A stretch of 64,000 nucleotides of DNA from Octopus vulgaris (lineage: Eukaryota). Under the pieces are notes generated by a model. The model saw only the letters and a list, made by a program, of their open reading frames with translations. It was not told the DNA's origin and made no database searches. The stretch lies in the NCBI GenBank assembly GCA_951406725.2, contig OX597823.1, forward strand, positions 42,842,001 through 42,906,000, read 5' to 3'. Below are positions 27,263-40,880 of the stretch, in pieces (position 1 is the first letter of the stretch; every line of letters starts with the position of its first letter). The position numbers were made by a program, and so were the translations under genes.

Positions 27263-27314
27263 TGCGCATGTGTGTGGATCAGTGTGCGTCCGCATACTCA
27301 TGTATGTATGTATG

Positions 27315-27348
<34 letters not shown>

Positions 27349-27845
27349 TGTATGTATGTATGTATGTATGTATGTATGTATGCATGCATGCATGTATGTA
27401 TGTATGTATGTATGTATGCACGCATGTTTGTATGTATGTACGTGTGTATGCATGTATGTATGCATGCATGCATGTATGTGTATGCATGTACGTTTGTATG
27501 TGTACATATGTATATATGTATGCATGTGTGTACCTCTGTCACCTTGTGTGTGCCTGTCTGTGTGTGTCTGTGTGTATGGATGTATGTCTTAATATGTGTC
27601 CTTGCGTGAAGTGATGTGTGTATAGAGTAACGTGTTTCAGTCTTCATTTCTGAATGCATGTGTGTATTTGTGCTTTTCTGTTCATATAACCTATGTACAC
27701 ATTCGTCTGTATGACTATCTGTTTACATTCAAATCCATTTATCTACATACATATGCATATACATATACGTATACATATATACATACATACACACATGCAC
27801 ACATGCATACATCTACATAACAACCCACTAACTATTCTACCTGTA

Positions 27846-27920
<75 letters not shown>

Positions 27921-27924
27921 TGAG

Positions 27925-28650
27925 TATGGGGGTTGATTACCTACTACTTATATTTCCTATTTAGTACTGAGGATGTTTCATTTTTGAGGACGTACTCCTA
28001 TATTTGTCTGAGTGTTGGTTCCTTTGGATGCTTAGATAAAATGCGGGTGTCAAGCTGACCAAGGTTGCCTCCATGTTGGTCCTTGGTATGTTGGTAGAGT
28101 ATAGAGAACTTTTTTTTGTCGTCATATTGGTCTCAAATGTTAAGTTAGTCTTTCTGCGATGCTGCTACATATCTCTGCTATGTATGTCATGTTCTTGTCT
28201 TTAAAAGCACCTTCTACGCACCTTATGCTTTAGACTACATTTCTAGTTCTACAGTTAATGGCAGGGTTAGTCCTACATGCCATGCAGTTATCACTGGTGC
28301 ATATGGTATTCTCAAAGGGGTACGTCCTACGTAGATGTGATCTGACGGAGTTCCCTGGCTTTTCAACAATCTTAATGTTGAGGTTTGTCTCCTTCAGAGC
28401 TTTTCTAAATCTTCGGGATAGCTATCCATGGGCTGTGACCTCTACAAACATCACTTCTTAATATTTGTCGGTATTGTACCACGGGTTCATCCCGTTTGCT
28501 TTGTCACAAGCTCTTTGTATTCTGTTCCCTTCTGTTCCCTTCTTTATTTCTATAACTAAGGCAGGTCTCACTGGTCTCGTTATCTAACCCCTTTCTAGTA
28601 CCCCTTTATGCTTGAACCCTATCTTTCTTATCATATCCGGAGAATTGCAT
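27925..28650 (-). mobile_element. Penelope-like element ORF C-terminus (Cys-rich linker plus GIY-YIG endonuclease), decayed
   Basis: Minus strand: VMFVEVT...IKIVEKPGNSVRSHLRRTYPFENTICTSDNCMACRTNPAINCRTRNVV*SIRC...TYIAEICSSIAERLT*H...VLNRK; (TA)n on both sides. Confidence 0.85.
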
Positions 28651-28657
28651 GCGGTGC

Positions 28658-28714
<57 letters not shown>

Positions 28715-28716
<2 letters not shown>

Positions 28717-29483
28717 GGGCATGGCAGAAGTAAATAGACTCCCCATAAAGCATCGTTTTATGCTTATATTAACTTGAAAAGTTTTACATTTTCATTAATT
28801 AACATGTTTTATCTTTCAAGTGCTGTATGTTATTGCTTAATCACGCCAAGTACAAAATACGCTCTCGAACTGTTCGAATTTCAAAGAGACCGTACAGTGG
28901 GTCTATCTAAAGGTGGACATACTTAGCGTAAAATCACAGATAACCTGGGGGTCCCGCTTTCTATAGTTTTACAGAGTGATTTTGCAGTTCACCAGAGAGA
29001 GGAATGAGCCCACATCATCTCGCCCAGGACAGCTAGGGCCCTCTGACAGGATCCTTCATTTTGTTAAGAGAAGTGTGGAGAATATTCATCCTTGCAAGGC
29101 CTCTAACATAACAGAACAAGTTGATGTCGGTCCCAGAACAGCTGTCAACTATCTCCACAAACTTGGCTACTATGGCAGAGCAGCAAGAAGGAAGCTAAAT
29201 CTTCGACCAGCCAATATTAAGCGAAGAAAAGATTTGGCCAGTGAGATGGTGGAGAGGCCACTAGCATTTTGGAACACTTTCATATCCTCTGATTAGTCCA
29301 TATTTGCTGTATTTTCTGATTGTGGTCGAGCGTTAGTCTGGAGAATGCGTGATCAAGAATTTGACGTGGAAAGATTGAAGCCAACAATGAAACACCTTTG
29401 CTATTCGCAGATGGCCTGTGGAGCAATTTGGGTCAATGTTCGATCAGAGCTGGTAGGGTGTGAGGGAAACATAAACCCAGATA
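28715..29483 (+). mobile_element. 5' two-thirds of a Tc1-like transposon
   Basis: Starts after (TA)n; remnants EL.EFQRDRTVGL...RPG...RAARRK..L...NIKRR...FW..FISSD*S.F...VWR...PTMKH....M.CGAI. Confidence 0.88.
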
Positions 29484-29485
29484 AC

Positions 29486-29790
29486 TCACTCATTGGATGT
29501 GCTAATAGCATTAGCTATTTGATTTATAATCAATCGCCGGTCATCCATCGGCATGTGGTGAAAACAATCAATGCTTTCCTCGGTGGTAGCAGTTGCAGGC
29601 AATCCAAACATTGGATCATCTTCACAATTTTCTCTTCTCCTCCTAAACTTTTGCACTGTTGATAAAGCTGGAGTGCCGTCCTCTAATGTAGCAATCATGT
29701 TAGCCTGTTTTTCTTTGAGGGCTAAACTCTTTTTCTGCAGGTGCTAAATTTTGTCCATTTTCAAGAGAAGTCGCTATTCCTTAATTTTGA
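29486..29790 (-). mobile_element. Mariner transposase N-terminal (HTH) fragment
   Basis: MIATLEDGTPALSTVQK..FRRRRENCEDDPMFGLPATATTEESID....DDRRL.INQIA; abuts the truncated Tc1. Confidence 0.82.
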
Positions 29791-29807
29791 ATTGTTCCTT
29801 GAGCATG

Positions 29808-30112
29808 GAACTGTACATAAAAAGTTACCCTCCGCGGCACAAGTCCGGGCAAACTTGTTTTTATGGAAGACCAGCAGTCACCCATGCATACCAGCCTCTC
29901 TTCTCTGCACCCCCAATATCATTCAAAGGAGTGACAAAGGCTGATACAGCTTGGCACCAGCGACGTCGTAACTTACTTCTGCAGTTAAGTGAACTGGAGC
30001 AACGTAAATACAGTGTTTTGCTCAAGAACACAGTACACAGCCCGATCCTCAAATCGAACTCACTACTCCATGATTGTGAACCCGAGGCTTTAACCACAGA
30101 TTCATGTACCTT
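29808..30112 (-). mobile_element. SINE family C
   Basis: gtgaactggagcaacgtaaatacagtgttttgctcaagaacac...aatcgaac (B box on the minus strand). Confidence 0.75.
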
Positions 30113-30290
30113 AAGTGAATATAATTTTACATGAATATCTATGCAAATATAGTAAGTGCATAACACGTTTATACCTTTAGTTTGATACCCATATGAATAA
30201 CTAATCTGATTGCTCAATAAGTAAAACTATTTCCATATTTTTTATACAAAATAATGGTATTCAATTATACTTTACATGTTTGCGAATTAC

Positions 30291-30443
30291 ATGCTAAATA
30301 GTCGTTGGAACTTGTTATAGACAATCACTACTTTAAAAGATGTTTCAACCAAAGTACATGTCTGCCGCATTAGTTGACAGCAGCTTGTCAGAGTATAATA
30401 TGGAAATCTCAGCAAAGCAGAAGACAATAAAAAATATTGAAAA
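30291..30443 (-). CDS. Candidate internal exon (153 bp, phase 2-2) of the lipocalin-like protein: FQYFLLSSALLRFPYYTLTSCCQLMRQTCTLVETSFKVVIVYNKFQRLFS
   Basis: Very strong acceptor ctttccttttcatttcacctttttctctgtctctcag; weaker donor AT|GTAATT; splices in frame to 14261. YTLTSCCQLMRQTC resembles RBP4 YAVQYSCRLLNLDGTC. Confidence 0.6.
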
Positions 30444-30649
30444 CTGAGAGACAGAGAAAAAGGTGAAATGAAAAGGAAAGTAACTACAAATAAATAAATA
30501 GATAAATAAATAAAATAAATAAAGCAGTTCAGCAAAAAGAAGTGGAGGATTTTGTGGTGTAATATAACTCATGTCTTTTGATGAAATTACAATCAACACA
30601 AAGAATGCTTTTTGAAATGAATGTATAAACGTTTCTGTTATTCGAAAAC

Positions 30650-30687
<38 letters not shown>

Positions 30688-31014
30688 AGTGCGTGTGCAT
30701 GTGTGTGTATGGACGTGTATGTGTGTGTGCTAAATTTTGATCTGAGATCCTAATGCGTTGTAAAATATATATAGATATATATATTTTACATAGTACAAAC
30801 TTTATCTGATATATAGCTGAATACGTTGGTTAGAATAGATTGGTGTATTTATTATGTATATAAAAAAGATGGCAGTTTATTTGTGTTTAGACATTGACTG
30901 ATCACAGCACTGCCCCTACTCTACCTCAACCTTCTCCTGTGTATATACATACATACACATACATACACACACATATATACATATGTGTATACATACATAT
31001 AAACATATATATAC

Positions 31015-31080
<66 letters not shown>

Positions 31081-31156
31081 TACATATACAAAATAATGAT
31101 AGGTTGGCCATTGATAAAATATTTTTCTCGAAAAAAAAATATCCTACATTAGTCAT

Positions 31157-31198
<42 letters not shown>

Positions 31199-32124
31199 CA
31201 CACACTCACACATACATTGCACACTATGTATGTGCATATATATGCATGGATATATGTGTGTGAAATTTTTTTATGGTTATTTCTTTGAATCAGTTAACAG
31301 CTAACAAACTTTATAGCAAAACTAATATGAAAGAATTGATAAAAAATTTCTTATATCGTCTACCCTTTTATGACCATCACCGCCATTATTATCCTTGATA
31401 CACTGTTACTGTAAACTTTCTGACCATTGCCCTTGTATTATTTCTCACTCTTTCTTTGTCGTTTTCTCTTATGTCAGCAAATATGTGATCAGTCACGCAA
31501 GCAACGAGAAATATAATATTATACATGCATTTAATGCTACCATATACAAATACTCAGGCAAATACACGCATATATCTATATATGCCCTTAATCGATTAAT
31601 TCAAGCTTGACAAAGTTGTGTACGAAACATCAAGTTTATTTTTTACTGTTTACATTCAAGACAAGCAGAATAAGCACATTCCATGTCTTATAGAGTAATA
31701 AACTGTGCTCATTAAATCCTTCGTGTGAAAACCATTTCTAGTCTTATACTGTAGAGTGTCTCTTGAACAATTTATTCCATGAGTGTTTTCTTTCAGAATA
31801 TTTGGTACATTTCAAAAATATAGAGGAAGACAAGTAATTTCTGAATGTAACATGCACCGAATTTATTTGTGTGTATATTTGATTTTGACTGAAAATAACT
31901 GTGGGGCAAAGCTAAAACTACGAAGGGACAAATTTGTCCAGAATTTAACACTAATTTACAGGTGCATTGTATAATATAAGTACGAGTTATGCACGAGTAA
32001 ATACGTTCATTTGATATGAAACCTTTATAACAAAACTCTCAGTCATCAGCAGTAGCAGCAGCAGCAGCAGCAGCAATAGCAGCAGAAATAACATCATCAT
32101 CATCGTCAACTTCTGAACTGCCTG

Positions 32125-32336
32125 AAGTTCTAGGGCTCATAGGGTCAGTCACAACATTGACCGTGAACGGGACATTAGTCTGTCACAAGGTCAGTTATTT
32201 ACAGCTGCGTAGACTGTAGCATCGCGAAATGCATTGTTTTACTCAAGAACATAATGCAGCGCCAGAGCCGGGAATCGAAACCACAACATTGCGATCTTGA
32301 GCGAAACACCCTAACAACTAAGCCACGCACCTTCAC
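32125..32336 (-). mobile_element. SINE family C
   Basis: Minus strand head gtgaaggtgcgtggcttagttgttagggtg...ggtttcgattcccgg (A and B boxes). Confidence 0.8.
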
Positions 32337-32910
32337 TATTGAAATAAATTTTATCCAGAAGCAAACTTGATTTAACCTCCTTTAGAAATTAATTGAGTCA
32401 GTCTCCCATTTCTGGATACTTCTGAACCAATGATTGGCGTGAAGAAAATCTTTACATAACGACGTCATTGTTCACAAACACATTACATAAATATTAACGT
32501 GATGAAAAGAAATGGTTTCGATTCAACGACAGAGAAATATCTAATAGAAATGGGGAACATTTTCCGATCATTCTAGTTTTTCAGATGGATTTTGAGAAGT
32601 CAATGTGTTGCTCTATTGTTATATAATGCAACAATTATGAATAATAATACAATATATTATATAACCGTTATTATATAATAACACAATTATATATAGTAAT
32701 AATATATTACATAACCAATGTTATTTAATGGTACAGCAGAATTCAATGCATCTGTACCATTAATGGCCTTCCCTTCTTAATCATCAGCAAATTAAATTAT
32801 CTACTGACAAAATGAAACTCTATTTTCTTGAAACTGTTCACAGAGAGATCGATTCTCTTTTTTGATATATTTTTGTATTGTAGCGTATATGTATGCACGC
32901 GTGTATGTGT

Positions 32911-32953
<43 letters not shown>

Positions 32954-33002
32954 TGATTCTAACAAGAAATATTATTTATTAATTGCGCTCTTATTTAATA
33001 TG

Positions 33003-33096
<94 letters not shown>

Positions 33097-33101
33097 TGAT
33101 G

Positions 33102-33168
<67 letters not shown>

Positions 33169-33169
<1 letters not shown>

Positions 33170-33770
33170 TGGTGGGAACACAAACCACCTCCAGTGCTTG
33201 AAAATGCTCACATCTCACTCCTCTGGAACTTCACCATTCAAACTGACAGAAAGATAGATGCGAATAGGCCACACATAATATTGAAAGACTTCAGACAAAA
33301 ATCATGCTTCCTCGTTGATAATGTTGTCCCAATCGATATAAACGTATCTGTCAAGACCTACCAAAAACTGAGCAAATATAAAGATCTTGAAATAGAAATT
33401 AGCAAAATGTGGAACCTGAAGACTAAAACAGTACCTGTTGTCATAGGTGCCCTGGGAATGATATCAAAAGGGGCTGATTGCTACCTAGCTGAGATACCAG
33501 GAACCCCCAAAATGGCAGAAATTCAAAAGATAGTGCTCATGGGAACTGCTCGTATCCTACGCAAAATACTTTCTATATAATCTCAAGTTTTAAAGCAAAC
33601 ATAAGTTTCTAATGGTTTCTTAAACATTCTCCAGAACAACACTATGTACAAAACCAAATATATGGCACCTAGGCATAACACCAGCATGAAATTCCAGCTT
33701 GTTGTCTCTTGAGGTCTCTGGGTGAGACTTGGAGCCAACTTGCACAAATGTAAAGCAGAAGTCAAACACA

Positions 33771-33771
<1 letters not shown>
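33169..33771 (+). mobile_element. 5'-truncated R4/Dong-clade LINE (restriction-like endonuclease C-terminus plus 3' UTR) inserted in (TAA)n
   Basis: Open frame WWEHKP..V.EN....LWNFTIQTDRKIDANRPHII...K.SKYKDL..E...MW....VPVVIGALG...LRKILSI* (stop 33580); long (TAA)n tracts on both sides. Confidence 0.93.
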
Positions 33772-33866
<95 letters not shown>

Positions 33867-34189
33867 TGATGATAATAATAATAATAATAATAGTTTCATT
33901 TATTTACCACCAAGGCGAAAAATGAGAGAACAGTAGTAGTAGTAGTTGTTGTTGTTGTAGTAGTAGTAGTTTTCTACTGTAGCCACAAGTCCTGAAATTC
34001 TGAGGGAGGGTGTGAGAGATAATAATATCGACTCCAGTACTATTATGACTGTAAAAAAATAGTTGATCATTGCTTTAGATATCAATCAACTCAACTAGTA
34101 TTGCCCTGGGGTTAAACAACATTAGTTTTTGTCATATTGTGATTAAGGAGAGGCTTAGTCGAACAAATGGGCGCCGACCTTTATGATTT

Positions 34190-34495
34190 GTTAAGGACTT
34201 GTACTTTATCTATCGGTTCTCTTTTGCTGAACCGCCAAGTTACAGAAAGGTTAATAAAGCAACACCAATTGTCAAGCAGTGGCGGAGGTCGGCGATAACT
34301 ACGAACATGAAAACACACGTTGCCAAACACATACACAAGTTTCCACACGGTCTCCGACTATTAAATTCACTCACAAGACATTTGTCGGCCCGATACTATA
34401 ATAGAAGTCACTTGCTCACTATGCTGCGCAGTTGAACTGAACCCGGTACCACGTTGTTGCAAAACTTGTTAACCACACAGCCATGACTGCACCAA
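34190..34495 (-). mobile_element. SINE family B
   Basis: Minus strand head tgcagtcatggctgtgtggttaac...cgggttcagttcaactgcg. Confidence 0.75.
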
Positions 34496-35288
34496 TGTTC
34501 TTATATGTTAGAACAAGAATTTACTTTGGCGGACAGCTCTAAATATTCATAGTGCTCTTTTGTGAGTAAAATCAAATTGAATCTCCAATTCATGTATTTG
34601 ATTTGAATGTAAGCGTGTACCGTAATGTCTGTCTTACTGTAACAATACCGTAAAAGATATACGCTGTCGGTTCCTCAACGTAACCCTGTATGTTTATGTT
34701 AAGTATACATCGTCTGACACTCTAATAGTTTAATAACGGTTGGTTAGTGATTCAGTAGATTTATTCTTATTTTATTGAGGCTATTTGTACGGTTTTCTAA
34801 ATATTTCACCTGATTCAGAAGTTTATTGTTGACAGAATTGCTTCAACTATCACACACGAGGCAAAATTTATTGTATGTTAATTCTTTTTTCTGAATCTAT
34901 AAGATTACACTTGTTAATCATGAGCTCATCAAATTCTCTATAGAGAAATCTCTATACTTCTGAAACTGCTCATAGGGAGGTTGAATTTATGGTATCTGAT
35001 TTACTCTGTTCATTTATTGTAGTGTGGTGTATGTAATTTTAACATGAAATAGTATTTCTTAATTACGGTTTTGTTCATCTTTAAATAATTCAAATTTAGG
35101 TGAATATTTTTGAAGAATCATGATTACTTTTATGAAGTATATGAAAAATACTCATTTTTTTTTAAAAAGAAGAGATGGTGGAGAAAGAGAAAGACAAAGA
35201 AAGAAAGAGAGGGAAATAAAGGCAGCTATGCATATAGATCTCAAATCATGCAAATATGTTCGTCTGTCTGTGTGTCTATAATATTTAT

Positions 35289-35590
35289 ATCACGTGACCA
35301 ACCAGTCCATCAGATGTAGTTACACATCGCTGGTCACAATGTGTTCGCATTATTTTAGCCTTCGAATTACGCCACCCCGCTGGCTAAGCGAGCAGGCCAA
35401 CAGAAGAAAGAGTGGGAGAAAGAGTGGTGAAAGGGTACAGCAGGGATCACCACCCCCTGCCGGAGCCAGCCTCGTGGAGCTATTAGGTGTTTTTGCTCAA
35501 TAAACACTCACAACGTCGGTCTGGGAATCGAAACCGCAATCCTACGACCGCGAGTCCTCCGCCCTAACCACTGGGCCATTGCGCCTCCAC
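35289..35590 (-). mobile_element. Full-length tRNA(Arg)-like SINE (family E)
   Basis: Minus strand gtggaggcgcaatggcccagtggttagggc...actcgcgg...ggtttcgattcccag: clear A and B boxes, a TCG-like anticodon loop and a ~230-bp non-tRNA body. Confidence 0.85.
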
Positions 35591-35628
35591 ACACACACAC
35601 ACACACACACATACACACACACACTCAC

Positions 35629-35680
<52 letters not shown>

Positions 35681-36053
35681 CTGACTATTATTTTTTATTG
35701 ACATCATCTTAACTACATACTAATCATTTAAATAACAAATTAAGTGTCTATATATATAAAGTGAGGGATATATACATACAATATATGTATATGTGTGTGT
35801 GTATATATACACATACATATATGCATATATATATATATATATTTATACGTATATATGTCCTTGCGTACGTACACCTAACGTTTCATTAATCCCTTTCCTT
35901 GCTATATATGTTGACCATTCAATCTCCTCCAATGCCTCTTACACACTGATACTCACACAGACAGACAGACACACACATAGAATTTCGTGTTCTTTCTATT
36001 CACCTATTGATTCCCTTAATATTTTACTGTTCTCCAGAAAACAGTTTACCATT

Positions 36054-36124
<71 letters not shown>

Positions 36125-36251
36125 TTCTTCTCCTTCCCACTCTCTACCATTCATACCAATAATCTTTTTTACTAACCCTTATTTTACTTTCTCTCTCTCT
36201 ATTCCTCCTTCTCACTCGGCATTTATGTATTACATACATCACCCTCATGAA

Positions 36252-36660
<409 letters not shown>

Positions 36661-37856
36661 GTTCTCTCTGAGTTTTTCCCTACTGTTTCTCCTCCATTTC
36701 TTTCCCCTCATTGGTAAAAGAATTGAAATAGAATGAAAACAAAATCAGAGATATTCAGTAATGACCGGCTTTTTATATTTGATATTCTTCGGTTTTTATT
36801 GTTGTTTTATTCTACCATTTTGTCTCCACACAAAAAGAAATCTTCTCCATCTTCCCTTTTTACACAATAATGCTGATCATTCTCAATACATTGTCTGCTT
36901 TCTTCAATTTATGCTTCACGAAACTACTACAGTCTCGTGGCAGATGTTAGGAATTTTTCTATATAGGCCTTCTGTATTACATTTTATTTCTTTCTATGGT
37001 CTTTCTTCGTAGTCTTTCTTCTCCGTCTACTCTTCGATTTTCTTGTTTTCGAAACCTCTCCCACACGCATGCCTTACGGCGAAGATGTCACTACATCACA
37101 ATTCGCACGCATCCACGCACGCACACACTAACACCCAAACAGAAATGCACACATACTTACTAGCACACGGTGTGGTAATAGGAATGAATAAATAAAAAAT
37201 TAAACACATACATAAATAGACGCCATTTTTTTTATTAGAAACGACTCTCGTTATTGTTGGTAGGCTTGTTGCAATTTTTCTAATATAATTTTCTATGTAT
37301 TTTTGTATTCCCTCTTAATTCATTCCATATTCATGCAAAATTCATTTGTCATTTCGCTAGCCCAATCCCCTAATTCACTTCAGTGCTATATCACGCAAAA
37401 GCGCTATAAATAACACTGCAAACACGGTTGCGATGAAGGACAACCAAATGGCCCTAGAATAGAAGGCTAGATTTACTATGTTTAAATTAACTAAAATCCA
37501 AAACGCGGATTCACTTTTCATCTCAGGCAAAAGCGCAATTAGTTTTCTAACCTTTGCTCTTAGCGCCCTCTTTTCTTTTCAGTTTGATCATCGGAATACC
37601 GTTAAGTCATTTGGCTACACTTTGAAGCAAGAAATAGAGCCAATATAATAATGAGAACATCATTACACACCAACATCTCTATGTCTCTATTTGTATGTGT
37701 ATGGATGGGTATATGTGTGTGTGTGTGAGTGTGTAGGCGTGCGTTTGTGTGTGTGTTTGCATGAATGTATGTATAAATTTGTTTATTTACCCATCTATCT
37801 TGTTATCTATCTGCCTGCCTCTCTATCTGGTTATCTCACCCACTCACTCAACCTCG

Positions 37857-37927
<71 letters not shown>

Positions 37928-38339
37928 CACATATATATATATATATGTGTGTAAATATATACACATGTATATACATATCTGTATACGTATACAAACACAC
38001 ACATATATGGACATGTATATGTATATGTATATACACGCACACATATAGTATATGTTGATATATATACATGTGTGTATATGTGTGTGCGTGTGTGTGTGTG
38101 CATGTGTGTATGTGTGTTTGAGTGTGTGTATCTGTGTGTATGTTGTGTATGTATGACGTATTTACAAACGTCAGTATGTATGATAAGGTAAGTATGTTTA
38201 CTGCGACAAAAAAACCAGAAAGCACTTAAACTGAAATCAAGAATTCTATAACGAGTCAGGACACAACAAAATATCATATATTTATTATAGCTAAATATGT
38301 CGACTAATAAATTAAGCTTCGACTTCCGGTCACAATAAT

Positions 38340-38780
38340 GGGATTTTCTTTGGTTTGAGCGGCAGTTTTTCCTAGCGGTGTCATATGAAATTGTCACCCA
38401 TAATTATGACCCTAGTATCGATCTACTGCATTTCAATCTATTTTAGGGTTAGGGTTTGTTAGGGTTAGTTAGGGTTAGGGTTAGCGTTAGGGGTGGGGGA
38501 AGGGTATCTTTTTTTCTTCACAAATGTAAATAAACCCAATCTTTTTCTTCTACGAGGAACATATTCATACGGCACAGAATGTTTTTTTACCTCAAATACG
38601 TCAGTGATTGGCTGAAATTAAAGAAAAAAACAACAAATATCTTACAATCTATAGAATTTTCTCAATAAAGCCAAGAGAAAAATATGTTTTATAAACACAT
38701 TCTACCAGTATACGAAGTTTAAAATTTTTTAGTCACCTAGAAATTATGTTAAAAACTGCCGTTCAAACCGAAAAGATCCC
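38340..38780. mobile_element. MITE with ~30-bp TIRs and an internal (TTAGGG)n tract
   Basis: gggattttctttggtttgagcggcagttttt ... aaaaactgccgttcaaaccgaaaagatccc; degenerate TTAGGG units at about 38443-38493. Confidence 0.85.
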
Positions 38781-38892
38781 AGTAAAGTAATAGGAGAATC
38801 AAACAAACGTTATGCATGCTGTGTATAAGTTTTTTCCCTTTTCCCGGAAAACTATAAGCGTTTATAGGTAGGAGTTACGCAATTTGGAATTA

Positions 38893-39289
38893 TCTATATA
38901 TATATAAAACTGTAGTTGTGTGAGTGTCTGTGCCCTTCGATTTAGATTCCTAACTACTCCCACATTTTGCGGTGCAGTTTAACCAAAACCGGATATCTTA
39001 TAGTCGGGATTCATATCGAGCCCTTCTGGGTATTAGCGCGTGTCTATGATGAGTCTACCATTTTAAAAATAATAATTTGCCATCATTTTTTTCCATTTTC
39101 ATGCATATTTTTTTAAAGGGAAGTAACTCTCTAAAAATGTCTACGATGAGTCAACGATTTAAAAAAAATTTACCATCATATTTTTTCCATTTTTAATGCA
39201 TTTTTTGCTATTTTTTGGCTACAACTCTCTAAAAATGCTGTATAGTTATTTCCCTTACAAACCCGAGCAACGCCGGGCGATACTGCTAG
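38893..39289 (+). mobile_element. Non-autonomous Helitron
   Basis: A|TC start, subterminal GC hairpin cccgagc-aac-gccggg (39262-39277), CTAG|T end, no TSD, internal direct repeats aactctctaaaaatg. Confidence 0.85.
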
Positions 39290-39789
39290 TTTTATATATA
39301 AAAGATGTTTTGAATAAAAACGAGGCTGAGCTTTGGGTCAATTAGAATATTGGAAAAATTTAACAAGACGTTCGAATTCGCCGGAACGATTTAAGAATAA
39401 TTATCAAGTTGTCGTTTTTATTCCCGCAGTTTACCGTGCATATCACGATTTAGTATCGGCTGGAATATATCAGCACAGATAACTAAACAGTCTTTTACTT
39501 AAACTATGAACAAGAGCTTCGACTCTTCTTAAATTCATTAGTGCGTGTTGCTTCTGGCTGACGTGACATAATGATGACGAAACACCGATGTTTCAAAATT
39601 CATTGTAGAAATGATTCGACTGTGTTATAAAAATACATTCGTCGTAAACGCGCAGTTGCTCGCCTATGATTAGCATATACACGTTCGAAATAAATATACA
39701 AGTCATCGTCGATAATAACAGCTATTTAACGGAAAATATGATTTTATGTATGTATGTATGTATGTATGTATGTATGTATGTATATATGT

Positions 39790-39838
<49 letters not shown>

Positions 39839-39842
<4 letters not shown>

Positions 39843-40231
39843 GTAAGTAGCTTGCTAAACAACCACATGGTTGCGGGTTCAGTCCCACTGCGTGACATCT
39901 TGGGTAAGTGTCTTCTGCTATAGCCCCGGAGCGACCAATGCCTTGTGAGTGGATTTGGTAGACGGAAATTGAAAGAAGCCTGTCGTATATATGTATATAT
40001 ATATATGTGTATGTGTGTGTATTTGTGTGTCTGTGTTTGTTCCCCTAGCATTGCTTGACAACCGATGCTAGTGTGTTTACGTCCCCATCACCTAGCGGTT
40101 CGGCAAAAAGAGACCGATAGAATAAGTACTGGGCTTACAAAAAGAATAAGTCTCGGGTTCGAGTTGCTCGACTAAAGGCGATGCTCCAGCATGGCCGCAG
40201 TCAAATGACTGAAACAAGTAAAAGAGTAAAA

Positions 40232-40235
<4 letters not shown>
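39839..40235 (+). mobile_element. SINE family B, best-preserved copy
   Basis: tgtggtaagtagcttgc...gggttcagtcccactgcgtgacatcttgggtaagtgtctt (CORE-like cttgggcaagt)...caaatgactgaaacaagtaaaagagt. Confidence 0.9.
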
Positions 40236-40309
<74 letters not shown>

Positions 40310-40625
40310 GATACAGAATGGGACAAGAACGCAAAACATCCGGACAACTAGGTGATAGAAAAAGAGACAACAAAACATCCAGAAAAACGATAATACAAAG
40401 AAAACAAGGACGGGTCATTCGAAGCCCTCTATCCTCAGTCAAGCACCTGATTATCCTCGCAATTTCGGCTGATTATTCTTGAGATTGCTCCAAACTGGCC
40501 AGCCCCAAGGAAAACTAAGCTAAGAGTATTAGATTCCCTGAAAGAAAGCAGCGAATGTATACAAAATCAAGGACGGAAAAACGGACAAAGTTACACAAAT
40601 ATAAATACAATAATAAATACAATAA
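40310..40625 (-). mobile_element. Short interspersed repeat family F next to (TA)n
   Basis: Reverse complement of 52645-52930 (ccttggggctgg...ggagcaatctc...cagccgaaattgc...gactgaggatag). Confidence 0.8.
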
Positions 40626-40639
40626 AAATGTATGTATGT

Positions 40640-40880
40640 ATATGTATCGTTTTCGTATTTGGTTTACAAGATTGTTTATATGAATTCATGTGTTGAAGCA
40701 TATTTTGTTGTATCTGGGGAGAATCATTCTGTTTTAAATTCCTTATTAATTAACACACTCACCGATTCAATTTCCACTCCTTTATTATTTCTTTCAAAGA
40801 ATTTTCGTTGCTTCTTGCAACCTCTTCAATAGATGTTGACTCTGATCGTTAACGGAGCTGCGTTCTTTTTGCTTGTTTGT
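40640..40880 (-). mobile_element. Repeat family D with an HHR-like core
   Basis: Homologous to 27100-27262; minus strand TTGAAGA-g-GTTGC-aagaa-GCAAC-GAAA (40829-40803). Confidence 0.65.

Noticed and set aside
33002-33168. Poly-Asn N-terminus on the 192-aa ORF
   Set aside because: It is the (AAT)n target tract read in frame with a truncated LINE, not a real protein start.
34638-34685. 48-bp minus-strand exon candidate (phase 2-2 compatible)
   Set aside because: The acceptor lacks a pyrimidine tract and two frames are open, so it cannot be told from chance.
35515-35590. tRNA-Arg-like sequence
   Set aside because: It continues into a SINE body and lacks a proper acceptor stem; called as a SINE head.
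38443-38493. Telomere or chromosome-fusion relic
   Set aside because: The tract is short, degenerate and enclosed by MITE TIRs.
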